Origin: Azolla caroliniana
Lineage: Eukaryota > Plantae > Polypodiophyta
DNA length: 64,000 nucleotides
Direction of reading: 5' to 3'
Assembly (NCBI GenBank): GCA_043228905.1
Contig: JBHGNT010000040.1
Location: 186,001-250,000, forward strand
In this document: positions 14,401 to 27,411 of the stretch, one piece after another
How the letters are laid out: every line of letters begins with the position of its first letter
Numbering within the stretch: the stretch's first letter is position 1
Notes under the pieces: model-generated
The model's database searches: none
Told to the model about the DNA's origin: nothing
Seen by the model: only the letters and a program-made list of their open reading frames with translations
Made by a program: the position numbers and the translations under genes

Positions 14401-16532
14401 ACACTAAAATCAGATATCACTCGAGCCAGGTATGACAATTTTAATTTACTCACGCGCTCTTCTCAACTCCCTCCTCTAATTTACTAATTTCTTCATGTCT
14501 CTCGACCTGAGTTTCAAAATCTTGATTTTTTAATTCCATATCATAGCTAGTGTTATTAGCTGCGATTCGCATGATTTGAACACTAAAATCCGATATCACA
14601 CGAGCCAGTTATGAACATTTTAATTTACTCACGCGCTCTTCTCAACTCCCTCCTCAAATTTGGTAATTTCTTCATGTCTCTCGACCTGAGTTTCAAAATC
14701 TTGATTTTCTAATTCCATATCATAGCTAGTGTTGTTAGCTTCGATTCGCATGTTTGAACACTAAAATCAGATATCACTCGAGCCAGGTATGACAATTTTA
14801 ATTTACTCACGCGCTCTTCTCAACTCCCTCCTCTAATTTACTAATTTCTTCATGTCTCTCGACCTGATTTTCAAATTCTGGATTTTTTAATTCCATATCA
14901 TAGCTAGTGTTATTAGCTGCGATTCGCATGATTTGAACACTAAAATCCGATACCACACGAGCCAGTTATGAACATTTTAATTTACTCACGCGCTATTCTC
15001 AACTCCCTCCTCAAATTTGGTAATTTCTTCATGTCTCTCGACCTGAGTTTCAAAATCTTGATTTTCTAATTCCATATCATAGCTAGTGTTGTTAGCTTCG
15101 ATTCGCATGTTTGAACACAACAATCTCATATCACACGACCCAGGTATGAACATTTTAATTTACTCACGTGCTCTTCTCAACTCCCTCCTCTAATTTGCTA
15201 ATTTCTTCATGTCTCTCGACCTGAGTGTCAAAATCTTGAAATTTTAATTCCATATCATAGCTAGTGTTTTTAGCTTCGATTCGCCAGTTTGAACACTAAA
15301 ATCCGATATCACACGAGCCAGGTATGACAACTTTAATTTACTCACGCGCTCTTCTCAACTCCCTCCTCTAATTTACTAATTTCTTCATGTCTCTCGACCT
15401 GAGTTTCAAAATCTTGATTTTCTAATTCCATATCATAGCTAGTGTTGTTAGCTTCGATTCGCATCTTTGAACACTAAAATCCGATATCACACGAGCCAGG
15501 TATGACAACTTTAATTTACTCACCTGCGCTTCTCAACTCCCTCCTCAAATTTGGTAATTTCTTCATGTCTCTCGACCTGAGTTTCAAAATCTTGATTTTC
15601 TAATTTCATATCATAGCTAGTGTTTTTAGCTTCGATTCGCATGATGGAACCCTAAAATCGGATATCACACGAGCCAGGTATGACAATTTTAATTTAGTCA
15701 CGCTATCTTCTCAACTCCCTCGTCTGATTTACTAATTTCTTCATCTCTCTTGACCTGAGTTTCAAAATCTTGATTTTCTAATTCTATATTACAGCTAGTG
15801 TTGTTAGCTTTGATTCGCATGTTTGAACACAACCATCCGATATCACACGAGCCAGGTATGACAATTTTAATTTACTCACGCGCTCTTCTCAACTCCCTCG
15901 TCTAATTTGCAAATTTCTTCCTGTCTCTCGACCTAAGATTCAAAATCTTGATTTTTTAATTCCATATCATAGCTAGTGTTGTTAGCATCGATTCGCATTA
16001 TGGAACACTAAAATCGGATATCACACAAGCCAGGTATGACAATTTTAATTTACTCACGCGCTCTTCTCAACTCCCTCCTCTAATTTACTAATTTGTTCAT
16101 GTCTCTGGACCTGAGTATCAAAATCATGATTTTCTAATTCGATATCATAGCTAGTGTTGTTAGCTTCGATTCGCATCTTTGAACACTAAAATCCGATATC
16201 ACACGAGCCAGGTATGACAACTTTAATTTACTCACGCGCTCTTCTCAACTCCCTCCTCAAATTTGGTAATTTCTTCATGTCTCTCGACCTGAGTTTCAAA
16301 ATCTTGATTTTCTAATTTCATATCATACCTAGTGTTGTTAGCTTCGATTCGCATGATGGAACACTATAATCGGATATCACACGAGCCAGTTATGAACATT
16401 TTAATTTACTCACGCGCTCTTCTCAACTCCCTCCTCTAATTTACTAATTTCTTCATGTCTCTCGACCTGAGTTTCAAAATCTTGATTTTCTCAATCCATA
16501 TAATAGCTAGTGTTGCTAGCTTCGATTCGCAT
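8526..16532. repeat. Copy 1 of an ~8.0 kb near-identical block duplication (offset 10,504 bp)
   Basis: Private variants recur at +10504: CTCGG at 8590/19094, CACAAGAATC at 9767/20271, TCAAATTCTGG at 14871/25375, and TCTCAATCCATATAA at ~16490/~26994. Confidence 0.92.
12600..13660. repeat. Run of 357-bp dimer HOR (178+179)
   Basis: Monomers alternate between a CTCTAATTTAC...GCTGCG...ATGATTTG type and a CAAATTTGGT...AAATCAGATATCACTCGAG type. TTTTCTATTT occurs at 12921 and 13278 (offset 357). Confidence 0.85.
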
Positions 16533-17400
16533 GTTTGAACACAACCATCCGATATCACACGAGCCAGGTATGACAATTTTAATTTACTCACGCGCTCTTC
16601 TCAACTCCCTCGTCTAATTTGCAAATTTCTTCCTGTCTCTCGACCTAAGTTTCAAAATCTTGATTTTTTAATTCCATATTATAGCTAGTGTTGTTAGCAT
16701 CGATTCGCATTATGGAACACTAAAATCGGATATCACACGAGCCGGGTATGACAATTTTAATTTACTCACACGCTCTTCTCAACTCCCTCCTCAAATTTAC
16801 TAATTTCTTCATGTCTCTCGACCTGAGTTTCAAAATCTTGATTTTCTAATTCCATATTATAGCTAGTGTTGTTAGCTTCGATTTGCATCTTTGAACACAA
16901 CAATCCTATATCACACGAGCCAGGTACGAACATTTTAATTTACTCACGCGCTCTTCTCAACTCCCTCCTCTAATTTTCTAATTTCTTCCTGTCTCTCGAC
17001 CTGAGTTTCAAAATCTTGACTTTTTAATTCCATATCATAGCTAGTGTTGTTAGCTTCGATTCGCATCTTTGAACACTAAAATCCGATATCACACGAGCCA
17101 GGTATGACAATTTTAATTTACTCACGCGCTCTTCTCAACTCCCTCCTCTAATTTGCTAATTTCTTCATGTCTCTCGACCTGAGTTTCAAAAACTTGATTT
17201 TTTAATTCCATATCATAGCTAGTGTTATTAGCTTCGATTCGCATGTTTGAACACTAAAATCCGATATCACACGAGCAAGGTATGACAACTTTAATTTACT
17301 CACGCGCTCTTCTCAACTTCCTCCTCTAATTTACTAATTTCTTCATGTCTCTCGACCTGAGTTTCAAAATCTTGCTTTTTTAATTCCATATCATAGCTAG

Positions 17401-17442
17401 TGTTGTTAGCTTCGATTCGCATGTTGTTAGCTTCGATTCGCA
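17401..17442. repeat. 21-bp internal tandem duplication within a monomer (199-bp monomer)
   Basis: TGTTGTTAGCTTCGATTCGCA occurs twice, at 17401-17421 and 17422-17442. Confidence 0.95.
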
Positions 17443-18557
17443 TGTTTGAACACTAAAATCGGATATCACCCGAGCCAGTAATGAACATTTTAATTTACTC
17501 ACGCGCTCTTCTCAACTCCCTCCTCTAATTTACTAATTTATTCATGTCTCGTGACCTGAGTTTGAAAATCTTGATTTTCTAATTCTATATTACAGCTAGT
17601 GTTGTTAGCTTAGATTCGCATGTTTGAACACAACCATCCGATATCACACGAGCCAGGTATGACAATTTTAATTTACTCACGCGCTCTTCTCAACTCCCTC
17701 GTCTAATTTGCAAATTTCTTCCTGTCTCTCGACCTAAGTTTCAAAATCTTGATTTTTTAATTCCATATCATAGCTAGTGTTGTTAGTTTTGATTCGCATG
17801 TTTGAAGACTAAAATCCGATATCACACGAGCCAGGTACGAACATTTTAATTTACTCACGCGCTCTTCTCAACTCCCTCCTCTAATTTACTAATTTCTTCA
17901 TTTCTCTCGACCTGAGTTTCAAAATCTTGATTTTCTAATTCCATATCATAGCTAGTGTTGTTAGCTTCGATTCGCATGTTTGAACACAACAATCTCATAT
18001 CACACGACCCAGGTATGAACATTTTAATTTACTCACGTGCTCTTCTCCACTCCCTCCTCAAATTTGGTAATTTCTTCATGTCTCTCGACCTGAGTTTCAA
18101 AATCTTGATTTTCTAATTCCAAATCATAGCTAGTGTTGTTAGCTTCGATTCGCATGTTTGAACACTAAATTCCGATATCACACAAGCTAGGTATGACAAT
18201 TTTAATTTACTCACGCGCTCTTCTCAACTCCCTCCTCTAATTTACTAATTTCTTCATGTCTCTCGACCTGAGTTTCAAAATCTTGATTTTTTAATTCCAT
18301 ATCATAGTTAGTGTTATTAGCTTCGATTCGCATGATTTGAACACTAAAATCCGATATCACACGAGCCAGTTATGAACATTTTAATTTACTCACGCGCTAT
18401 TCTCAACTCCCTCCTCAAATTTGGTAATTTCTTCATGTCTCTTGACCTGAGTTTCAAAATCTTGATTTTTTAATTCCATATCATAGCTAGTGTTATTAGC
18501 TGCGATTCGCATGATTTGAACACTAAAATCCGATATCACACGAGCCAGTTATGAACA

Positions 18558-18620
18558 TTTTAATTCCATATCATAGCTAGTGTTATTAGCTGCGATTCGC
18601 ATGATTTGAACACTAATTCT
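18558..18620. other. Out-of-register rearrangement junction with two truncated monomers
   Basis: ...GAACATTTTAATT|CCATATC at 18565/18566, where TACTC is expected. ...GAACACTAA|TTCTATATTACAGC at 18616/18617, where AATCC is expected. Confidence 0.92.
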
Positions 18621-19029
18621 ATATTACAGCTAGTGTTGTTAGCTTTGATTCGCATGTTTGAACACAACCATCCGATATCACACGAGCCAGGTATGACAAT
18701 TTTAATTTACTCACGCGCTCTTCTCAACTCCCTCGTCTAATTTGCAAATTTCTTCCTGTCTCTCGACCTAAGATTCAAAATCTTGATTTTTTAATTCCAT
18801 ATCATAGCTAGTGTTGTTAGCATCGATTCGCATTATGGAACACTAAAATCGGATATCACACAAGCCAGGTATGACAATTTTAATTTACTCACGCGCTCTT
18901 CTCAACTCCCTCCTCTAATTTACTAATTTGTTCATGTCTCTGGACCTGAGTATCAAAATCATGATTTTCTAATTCGATATCATAGCTAGTGTTGTTAGCT
19001 TCGATTCGCATCTTTGAACACTAAAATCC

Positions 19030-22000
19030 GATATCACACGAGCCAGGTATGACAATTTTAATTTACTCAGGCGATCTTCTCAACTCCCTCCTCGGATTTA
19101 CTAATTTCATCATGTCTCTCGACCTGAGTTTCAAAATCTTGATTTTCTAATTCCATATCATAGCTAGTGTTGTTAGCTTCGATTCGCATGTTTAAACACT
19201 AAAATCAGATATCACTCGAGCCAGGTATGACAATTTTAATTTACTCACGCGCTCTTCTCAACTCCCTCCTCTAATTTACTAATTTCATCATGTCTCTCGA
19301 CCTGAGTTTCAAAATCTTGATTTTCTAATTCCATAGCATAGCTAGTGTTGTTAGCTTCGATTCGCAGGTTTAAACACTAAAATCAGATATCACTCGAGCC
19401 AGGTATGACAATTTTAATTTACTCACGCGCTCTTCTCAACTCCCTCCTCTAATTTACTAATTTCTTCATGTCTCTCGACCTGAGTTTCAAAATCTTGATT
19501 TTTTAATTCCATATCATAGCTAGTGTTATTAGCTGCGATTCGCATGATTTGAACACTAAAATCCGATATCACACGAGCCAGTTATGAACATTTTAATTTA
19601 CTCACGCGCTCTTCTCAACTCCCTCCTCAAATTTGGTAATTTCTTCATGTCTCTCGACCTGAGTTTCAAAATCTTGATTTTCTATTTCCATATCATAGCT
19701 AGTGTTGTTAGCTTCGATTCGCATGTTTGAACACTAAAATCAGATATCACTCGAGCCAGGTATGACAATTTTAATTTACTCACGCGCTCTTCTCAACTCC
19801 CTCCTCTAATTTACTAATTTCTTCATGTCTCTCGACTTGAGTTTCAAAATCTTGATTTTTTAATTCCATATCATAGCTAGTGTTATTAGCTGCGATTCGC
19901 ATGATTTGAACACTAAAATCCGATATCACACGAGCCAGTTATGAACATTTTAATTTACTCACGCGCTCTTCTCAACTCCCTCCTCAAATTTGGTAATTTC
20001 TTCATGTCTCTCGACCTGAGTTTCAAAATCTTGATTTTCTAATTCCATATCATAGCTAGTGTTGTTAGCTGCGATTCGCATGATTTGAACACTAAAATCC
20101 GATATCACACGAGCCAGTTATGAACATTTTAATTTACTCACGCGCTCTTCTCAACTCCCTCCTCAAATTTGGTAATTTCTTCATGTCTCTCGACCTGAGT
20201 TTCAAAATCTTGATTTTCTAATTCCATATCATAGCTAGTGTTGTTAGCTTCGATTCGCATGTTTGAACACAAGAATCTCATATCACACGACCCAGGTATG
20301 AACATTTTAATTTACTCACGTGCTCTTCTCCACTCCCTCCTCAAATTTGGTAATTTCTTCATGTCTCTCGACCTGAGTTTCAAAATCTTGATTTTCTAAT
20401 TCCAAATCATAGTTAGTGTTATTAGCTTCGATTCGCATGATTTGAACACTAAAATCCGATATCACACGAGCCAGTTATGAACATTTTAATTTACTCACGC
20501 GCTATTCTCAACTCCCTCCTCAAATTTGGTAATTTCTTCATGTCTCTCGACCTGAGTTTCAAAATCTTGATTTTTTAATTCCATATCATAGCTAGTGTTA
20601 TTAGCTGCGATTCGCATGATTTGAACACTAAAATCCGATATCACACGAGCCAGTTATGAACATTTTAATTTACTCACGCGCTCTTCTCAACTCCCTCCTC
20701 AAATTTGGTAATTTCTTCATGTCTCTCGACCTGAGTTTCAAAATCTTGATTTTTTAATTCCATATCATAGCTAGTGTTGTTAGCTTCGATTCGCATGTTT
20801 GAACACAGAAATCGGACATCACACGAGGCAGGTATGACAATTTTAATTTACTCAGGTGATCTTCTCAACTCCCTCCTCTGATTTACTAATTTCATCATGT
20901 CTCTCGACCTGAGTTTCAAAATCTTGATTTTCTAATTCCATAGCATAGCTAGTGTTGTTAGCTTCGATTCGCATGTTTAAACACTAAAATCAGATATCAC
21001 TCGAGCCAGGTATGACAATTTCAATTTACTCACGCGCTCTTCTCAACTCCCTCCTCTAATTTACTAATTTCTTCATGTCTCTCGACCTGAGTTTCAAAAT
21101 CTTGATTTTTTAATTCCATATCATAGCTAGTGTTATTAGCTGCGATTCGCATGATTTGAACACTAAAATCCGATATCACACGAGCCAGTTATGAACATTT
21201 TAATTTACTCACGCGCTCTTCTCAACTCCCTCCTCAAATTTGGTAATTTCTTCATGTCTCTCGACCTGAGTTTCAAAATCTTGATTTTCTAATTCCAAAT
21301 CATAGCTAGTGTTGTTAGCTTCGATTCGCATGTTTGAACACTAAATTCCGATATCACACAAGCTAGGTATGACAATTTTAATTTACTCACGCGCTCTTCT
21401 CAACTCCCTCCTCTAATTTACTAATTTCTTCATGTCTCTCGACCTGAGTTTCAAAATCTTGATTTTCTAATTACATATCATAGCTAGTGTTGTTAGCTTC
21501 GATTCGCATGTTTGAACACTAAAATCCGATATCACACGAGCTAGTTATGAACATTTTAATTTACTCACGCGCTATTCTCAACTCCCTCCTCAAATTTGGT
21601 ACTTTCTTCATGTCTCTCGACCTGAGTTTCAAAATCTTGATTTTTTAATTCCATATCATAGCTAGTGTTGTTAGCTTCGATTCGCATGTTTGAACACAAA
21701 AATCGGATATCACACGAGCCAGGTATGACAATTTTAAATTACTCAGGCGATCTTCTCAACTCCCTCCTCTGATTTACAAATTTCATCATGTCTCTCGACC
21801 TGAGTTTCAAAATCTTGATTTTCTAATTCCATATCATAGCTAGTGTTGTTAGCTTCGATTCGCATGTTTGAACACAACAATCTCATATCACACGACCCAG
21901 GTATGAACATTTTAATTTACTCACGTGCTCTTCTCCACTCCCTCCTCAAATTTGGTAATTTCTTCATGTCTCTCGACCTGAGTTTCAAAATCTTGATTTT

Positions 22001-25000
22001 CTAATTCCAAATCATAGCTAGTGTTGTTAGCTTCGATTCGCATGTTTGAACACTAAATTCCGATATCACACAAGCTAGGTATGACAATTTTAATTTACTC
22101 ACGCGCTCTTCTCAACTCCCTCCTCTAATTTACTAATTTCTTCATGTCTCTCGACCTGAGTTTCAAAATCTTGATTTTTTAATTCCATATCATAGTTAGT
22201 GTTATTAGCTTCGATTCGCATGATTTGAACACTACAATCCGATATCACACGAGCCAGTTATGAACATTTTAATTTACTCACGCGCTATTCTCAACTCCCT
22301 CCTCAAATTTGGTAATTTCTTCATGTCTCTTGACCTGAGTTTCAAAATCTTGATTTTTTAATTCCATATCATAGCTAGTGTTATTAGCTGCGATTCGCAT
22401 GATTTGAACACTAAAATCCGATATCACACGAGCCAGTTATGAACATTTTAATTTACTCACGCGCTCTTCTCAACTCCCTCCTCAAATTTGGTAATTTCTT
22501 CATGTCTCTCGACCTGAGTTTCAAAATCTTGATTTTCTAATTCCAAATCATAGCTAGTGTTGTTAGCTTCGATTCGCATGTTTGAACACTAAATTCCGAT
22601 ATCACACAAGCTAGGTATGACAATTTTAATTTACTCACGCGCTCTTCTCAACTCCCTCCTCTAATTTACTAATTTCTTCATGTCTCTCGACCTGAGTTTC
22701 AAAATTTTGATTTTTTAATTCCATATCATAGCTAGTGTTATTAGCTTCGATTCGCATGATTTGAACACTAAAATCCGATATCACACGAGCCAGTTATGAA
22801 CATTTTAATTTACTCACGCGCTCTTCTCAACTCCCTCCTCAAATTTGGTAATTTCTTCATGTCTCTCGACCTGAGTTTCAAAATCTTGATTTTTTAATTC
22901 CATATCATAGCTAGTGTTGTTAGCTTCGATTCGCATGTTTGAACACAGAAATCGGACATCACACGAGGCAGGTATGACAATTTTAATTTACTCAGGTGAT
23001 CTTCTCAACTCCCTCCTCTGATTTACTAATTTCATCATGTCTCTCGACCTGAGTTTCAAAATCTTGATTTTCTAATTCCATAGCATAGCTAGTGTTGTTA
23101 GCTTCGATTCGCAGGTTTAAACACTAAAATCAGATATCACTCGAGCCAGGTATGACAATTTTAATTTACTCACGCGCTCTTCTCAACTCCCTCCTCTAAT
23201 TTACTAATTTCTTCATGTCTCTCGACCTGAGTTTCAAAATCTTGATTTTTTAATTCCATATCATAGCTAGTGTTATTAGCTGCGATTCGCATGATTTGAA
23301 CACTAAAATCCGATATCACACGAGCCAGTTATGAACATTTTAGTTTACTCACGCGCTCTTCTCAACTCCCTCCTCAAATTTGGTAATTTCTTCATGTCTC
23401 TCGACCTGAGTTTCAAAATCTTGATTTTCTATTTCCATATCATAGCTAGTGTTGTTAGCTTCGATTCGCATGTTTGAACACTAAAATCAGATATCACTCG
23501 AGCCAGGTATGACAATTTTAATTTACTCACGCGCTCTTCTCAACTCCCTCCTCTAATTTACTAATTTCTTCATGTCTCTCGACCTGAGTTTCAAAATCTT
23601 GATTTTTTAATTCCATATCATAGCTAGTGTTATTAGCTGCGATTCGCATGATTTGAACACTAAAATCCGATATCACACGAGCCAGTTATGAACATTTTAA
23701 TTTACTCACGCGCTCTTCTCAACTCCCTCCTCAAATTTGGTAATTTCTTCATGTCTCTCGACCTGAGTTTCAAAATCTTGATTTTCTATTTCCATATCAT
23801 AGCTAGTGTTGTTAGCTTCGATTCGCATGTTTGAACACTAAAATCAGATATCACTCGAGCCAGGTATGACAATTTTAATTTACTCACGCGCTCTTCTCAA
23901 CTCCCTCCTCTAATTTACTAATTTCTTCATGTCTCTCGACCTGAGTTTCAAAATCTTGATTTTTTAATTCCATATCATAGCTAGTGTTATTAGCTGCGAT
24001 TCGCATGATTTGAACACTAAAATCCGATATCACACGAGCCAGTTATGAACATTTTAATTTACTCACGCGCTCTTCTCAACTCCCTCCTCAAATTTGGTAA
24101 TTTCTTCATGTCTCTCGACCTGAGTTTCAAAATCTTGATTTTCTAATTCCATATCATAGCTAGTGTTGTTAGCTTCGATTCGCATGTTTGAACACAACAA
24201 TCTCATATCACACGACCCAGGTATGAACATTTTAATTTACTCACGTGCTCTTCTCCACTCCCTCCTCAAATTTGGTAATTTCTTCATGTCTCTCGACCTG
24301 AGTTTCAAAATCTTGATTTTCTAATTCCAAATCATAGCTAGTGTTGTTAGCTTCGATTCGCATGTTTGAACACTAAATTCCGATATCACACAAGCTAGGT
24401 ATGACAATTTTAATTTACTCACGCGCTCTTCTCAACTCCCTCCTCTAATTTACTAATTTCTTCATGTCTCTCGACCTGAGTTTCAAAATCTTGATTTTTT
24501 AATTCCATATCATAGCTAGTGTTATTAGCTTCGATTCGCATGATTTGAACACTAAAATCCGATATCACACGAGCCAGTTATGAACATTTTAATTTACTCA
24601 CGCGCTATTCTCAACTCCCTCCTCAAATTTGGTAATTTCTTCATGTCTCTCGACCTGAGTTTCAAAATCTTGATTTTTTAATTCCATATCATAGCTAGTG
24701 TTATTAGCTTCGATTCGCATGTTTGAACACAAAAATCGGATATCACACGAGCCAGGTATGACAATTTTAATTTACTCAGGCGATCTTCTCAACTCCCTCC
24801 TCGGATTTACTAATTTCATCATGTCTCTCGACCTGAGTTTCAAAATCTTGATTTTCTAATTCCATATCATAGCTAGTGTTGTTAGCTTCGATTCGCATGT
24901 TTGAACACTAAAATCAGATATCACTCGAGCCAGGTATGACAATTTTAATTTACTCACGCGCTCTTCTCAACTCCCTCCTCTAATTTACTAATTTCTTCAT

Positions 25001-27036
25001 GTCTCTCGACCTGAGTTTCAAAATCTTGATTTTTTAATTCCATATCATAGCTAGTGTTATTAGCTGCGATTCGCATGATTTGAACACTAAAATCCGATAT
25101 CACACGAGCCAGTTATGAACATTTTAATTTACTCACGCGCTCTTCTCAACTCCCTCCTCAAATTTGGTAATTTCTTCATGTCTCTCGACCTGAGTTTCAA
25201 AATCTTGATTTTCTAATTCCATATCATAGCTAGTGTTGTTAGCTTCGATTCGCATGTTTGAACACTAAAATCAGATATCACTCGAGCCAGGTATGACAAT
25301 TTTAATTTACTCACGCGCTCTTCTCAACTCCCTCCTCTAATTTACTAATTTCTTCATGTCTCTCGACCTGATTTTCAAATTCTGGATTTTTTAATTCCAT
25401 ATCATAGCTAGTGTTATTAGCTGCGATTCGCATGATTTGAACACTAAAATCCGATACCACACGAGCCAGTTATGAACATTTTAATTTACTCACGCGCTAT
25501 TCTCAACTCCCTCCTCAAATTTGGTAATTTCTTCATGTCTCTCGACCTGAGTTTCAAAATCTTGATTTTCTAATTCCATATCATAGCTAGTGTTGTTAGC
25601 TTCGATTCGCATGTTTGAACACAACAATCTCATATCACACGACCCAGGTATGAACATTTTAATTTACTCACGTGCTCTTCTCAACTCCCTCCTCTAATTT
25701 GCTAATTTCTTCATGTCTCTCGACCTGAGTGTCAAAATCTTGAAATTTTAATTCCATATCATAGCTAGTGTTTTTAGCTTCGATTCGCCAGTTTGAACAC
25801 TAAAATCCGATATCACACGAGCCAGGTATGACAACTTTAATTTACTCACGCGCTCTTCTCAACTCCCTCCTCTAATTTACTAATTTCTTCATGTCTCTCG
25901 ACCTGAGTTTCAAAATCTTGATTTTCTAATTCCATATCATAGCTAGTGTTGTTAGCTTCGATTCGCATCTTTGAACACTAAAATCCGATATCACACGAGC
26001 CAGGTATGACAACTTTAATTTACTCACCTGCGCTTCTCAACTCCCTCCTCAAATTTGGTAATTTCTTCATGTCTCTCGACCTGAGTTTCAAAATCTTGAT
26101 TTTCTAATTTCATATCATAGCTAGTGTTTTTAGCTTCGATTCGCATGATGGAACCCTAAAATCGGATATCACACGAGCCAGGTATGACAATTTTAATTTA
26201 GTCACGCTATCTTCTCAACTCCCTCGTCTGATTTACTAATTTCTTCATCTCTCTTGACCTGAGTTTCAAAATCTTGATTTTCTAATTCTATATTACAGCT
26301 AGTGTTGTTAGCTTTGATTCGCATGTTTGAACACAACCATCCGATATCACACGAGCCAGGTATGACAATTTTAATTTACTCACGCGCTCTTCTCAACTCC
26401 CTCGTCTAATTTGCAAATTTCTTCCTGTCTCTCGACCTAAGATTCAAAATCTTGATTTTTTAATTCCATATCATAGCTAGTGTTGTTAGCATCGATTCGC
26501 ATTATGGAACACTAAAATCGGATATCACACAAGCCAGGTATGACAATTTTAATTTACTCACGCGCTCTTCTCAACTCCCTCCTCTAATTTACTAATTTGT
26601 TCATGTCTCTGGACCTGAGTATCAAAATCATGATTTTCTAATTCGATATCATAGCTAGTGTTGTTAGCTTCGATTCGCATCTTTGAACACTAAAATCCGA
26701 TATCACACGAGCCAGGTATGACAACTTTAATTTACTCACGCGCTCTTCTCAACTCCCTCCTCAAATTTGGTAATTTCTTCATGTCTCTCGACCTGAGTTT
26801 CAAAATCTTGATTTTCTAATTTCATATCATACCTAGTGTTGTTAGCTTCGATTCGCATGATGGAACACTATAATCGGATATCACACGAGCCAGTTATGAA
26901 CATTTTAATTTACTCACGCGCTCTTCTCAACTCCCTCCTCTAATTTACTAATTTCTTCATGTCTCTCGACCTGAGTTTCAAAATCTTGATTTTCTCAATC
27001 CATATAATAGCTAGTGTTGCTAGCTTCGATTCGCAT
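19030..27036. repeat. Copy 2 of the ~8.0 kb block duplication
   Basis: Matches 8526-16532. By eye only about 4 substitutions were noticed (near 22235, 22706, 23343 and 13384/23888). Confidence 0.92.
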
Positions 27037-27369
27037 CTTTGAACACTAAAATCCGATATCACACGAGCCAGGTACGAACATTTTAATTTACTCACGCGCT
27101 CTTCTCAACTCCCTCCACTAATTTGCTAATTTTTCATGTCTCTCGACCTGAGTGTCAAAATCTTGATATTTTAATTCCATATCATAGCTAGTGTTGTTAG
27201 CTTCGATTCGCATGTTTGAACACTAAAATCCGATATCACACGAGCAAGGTATGACAACTTTAATTTACTCACGCGCTCTTCTCAACTTCCTCCTCTAATT
27301 TACTAATTTCTTCATGTCTCTCGACCTGAGTTTCAAAATCTTGATTTTTTAATTCCATATCATAGCTAG

Positions 27370-27411
27370 TGTTGTTAGCTTCGATTCGCATGTTGTTAGC
27401 TTCGATTCGCA
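27370..27411. repeat. Second copy of the 21-bp internal tandem duplication
   Basis: TGTTGTTAGCTTCGATTCGCA occurs twice, at 27370-27390 and 27391-27411, with the same flanking variants (GATATCACCCGAG, CAGTAATG) as at 17401. Confidence 0.95.

Larger units (their letters stand above)
1..25680. repeat. Left satellite sub-family domain
   Basis: Enriched in ATGATTTGAAC (179-bp form), CAAATTTGGTAAT, AAATCAGATATCACTCGAG and CACAAGCTAGG. These variants are essentially absent after about 28.3 kb. Confidence 0.85.
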
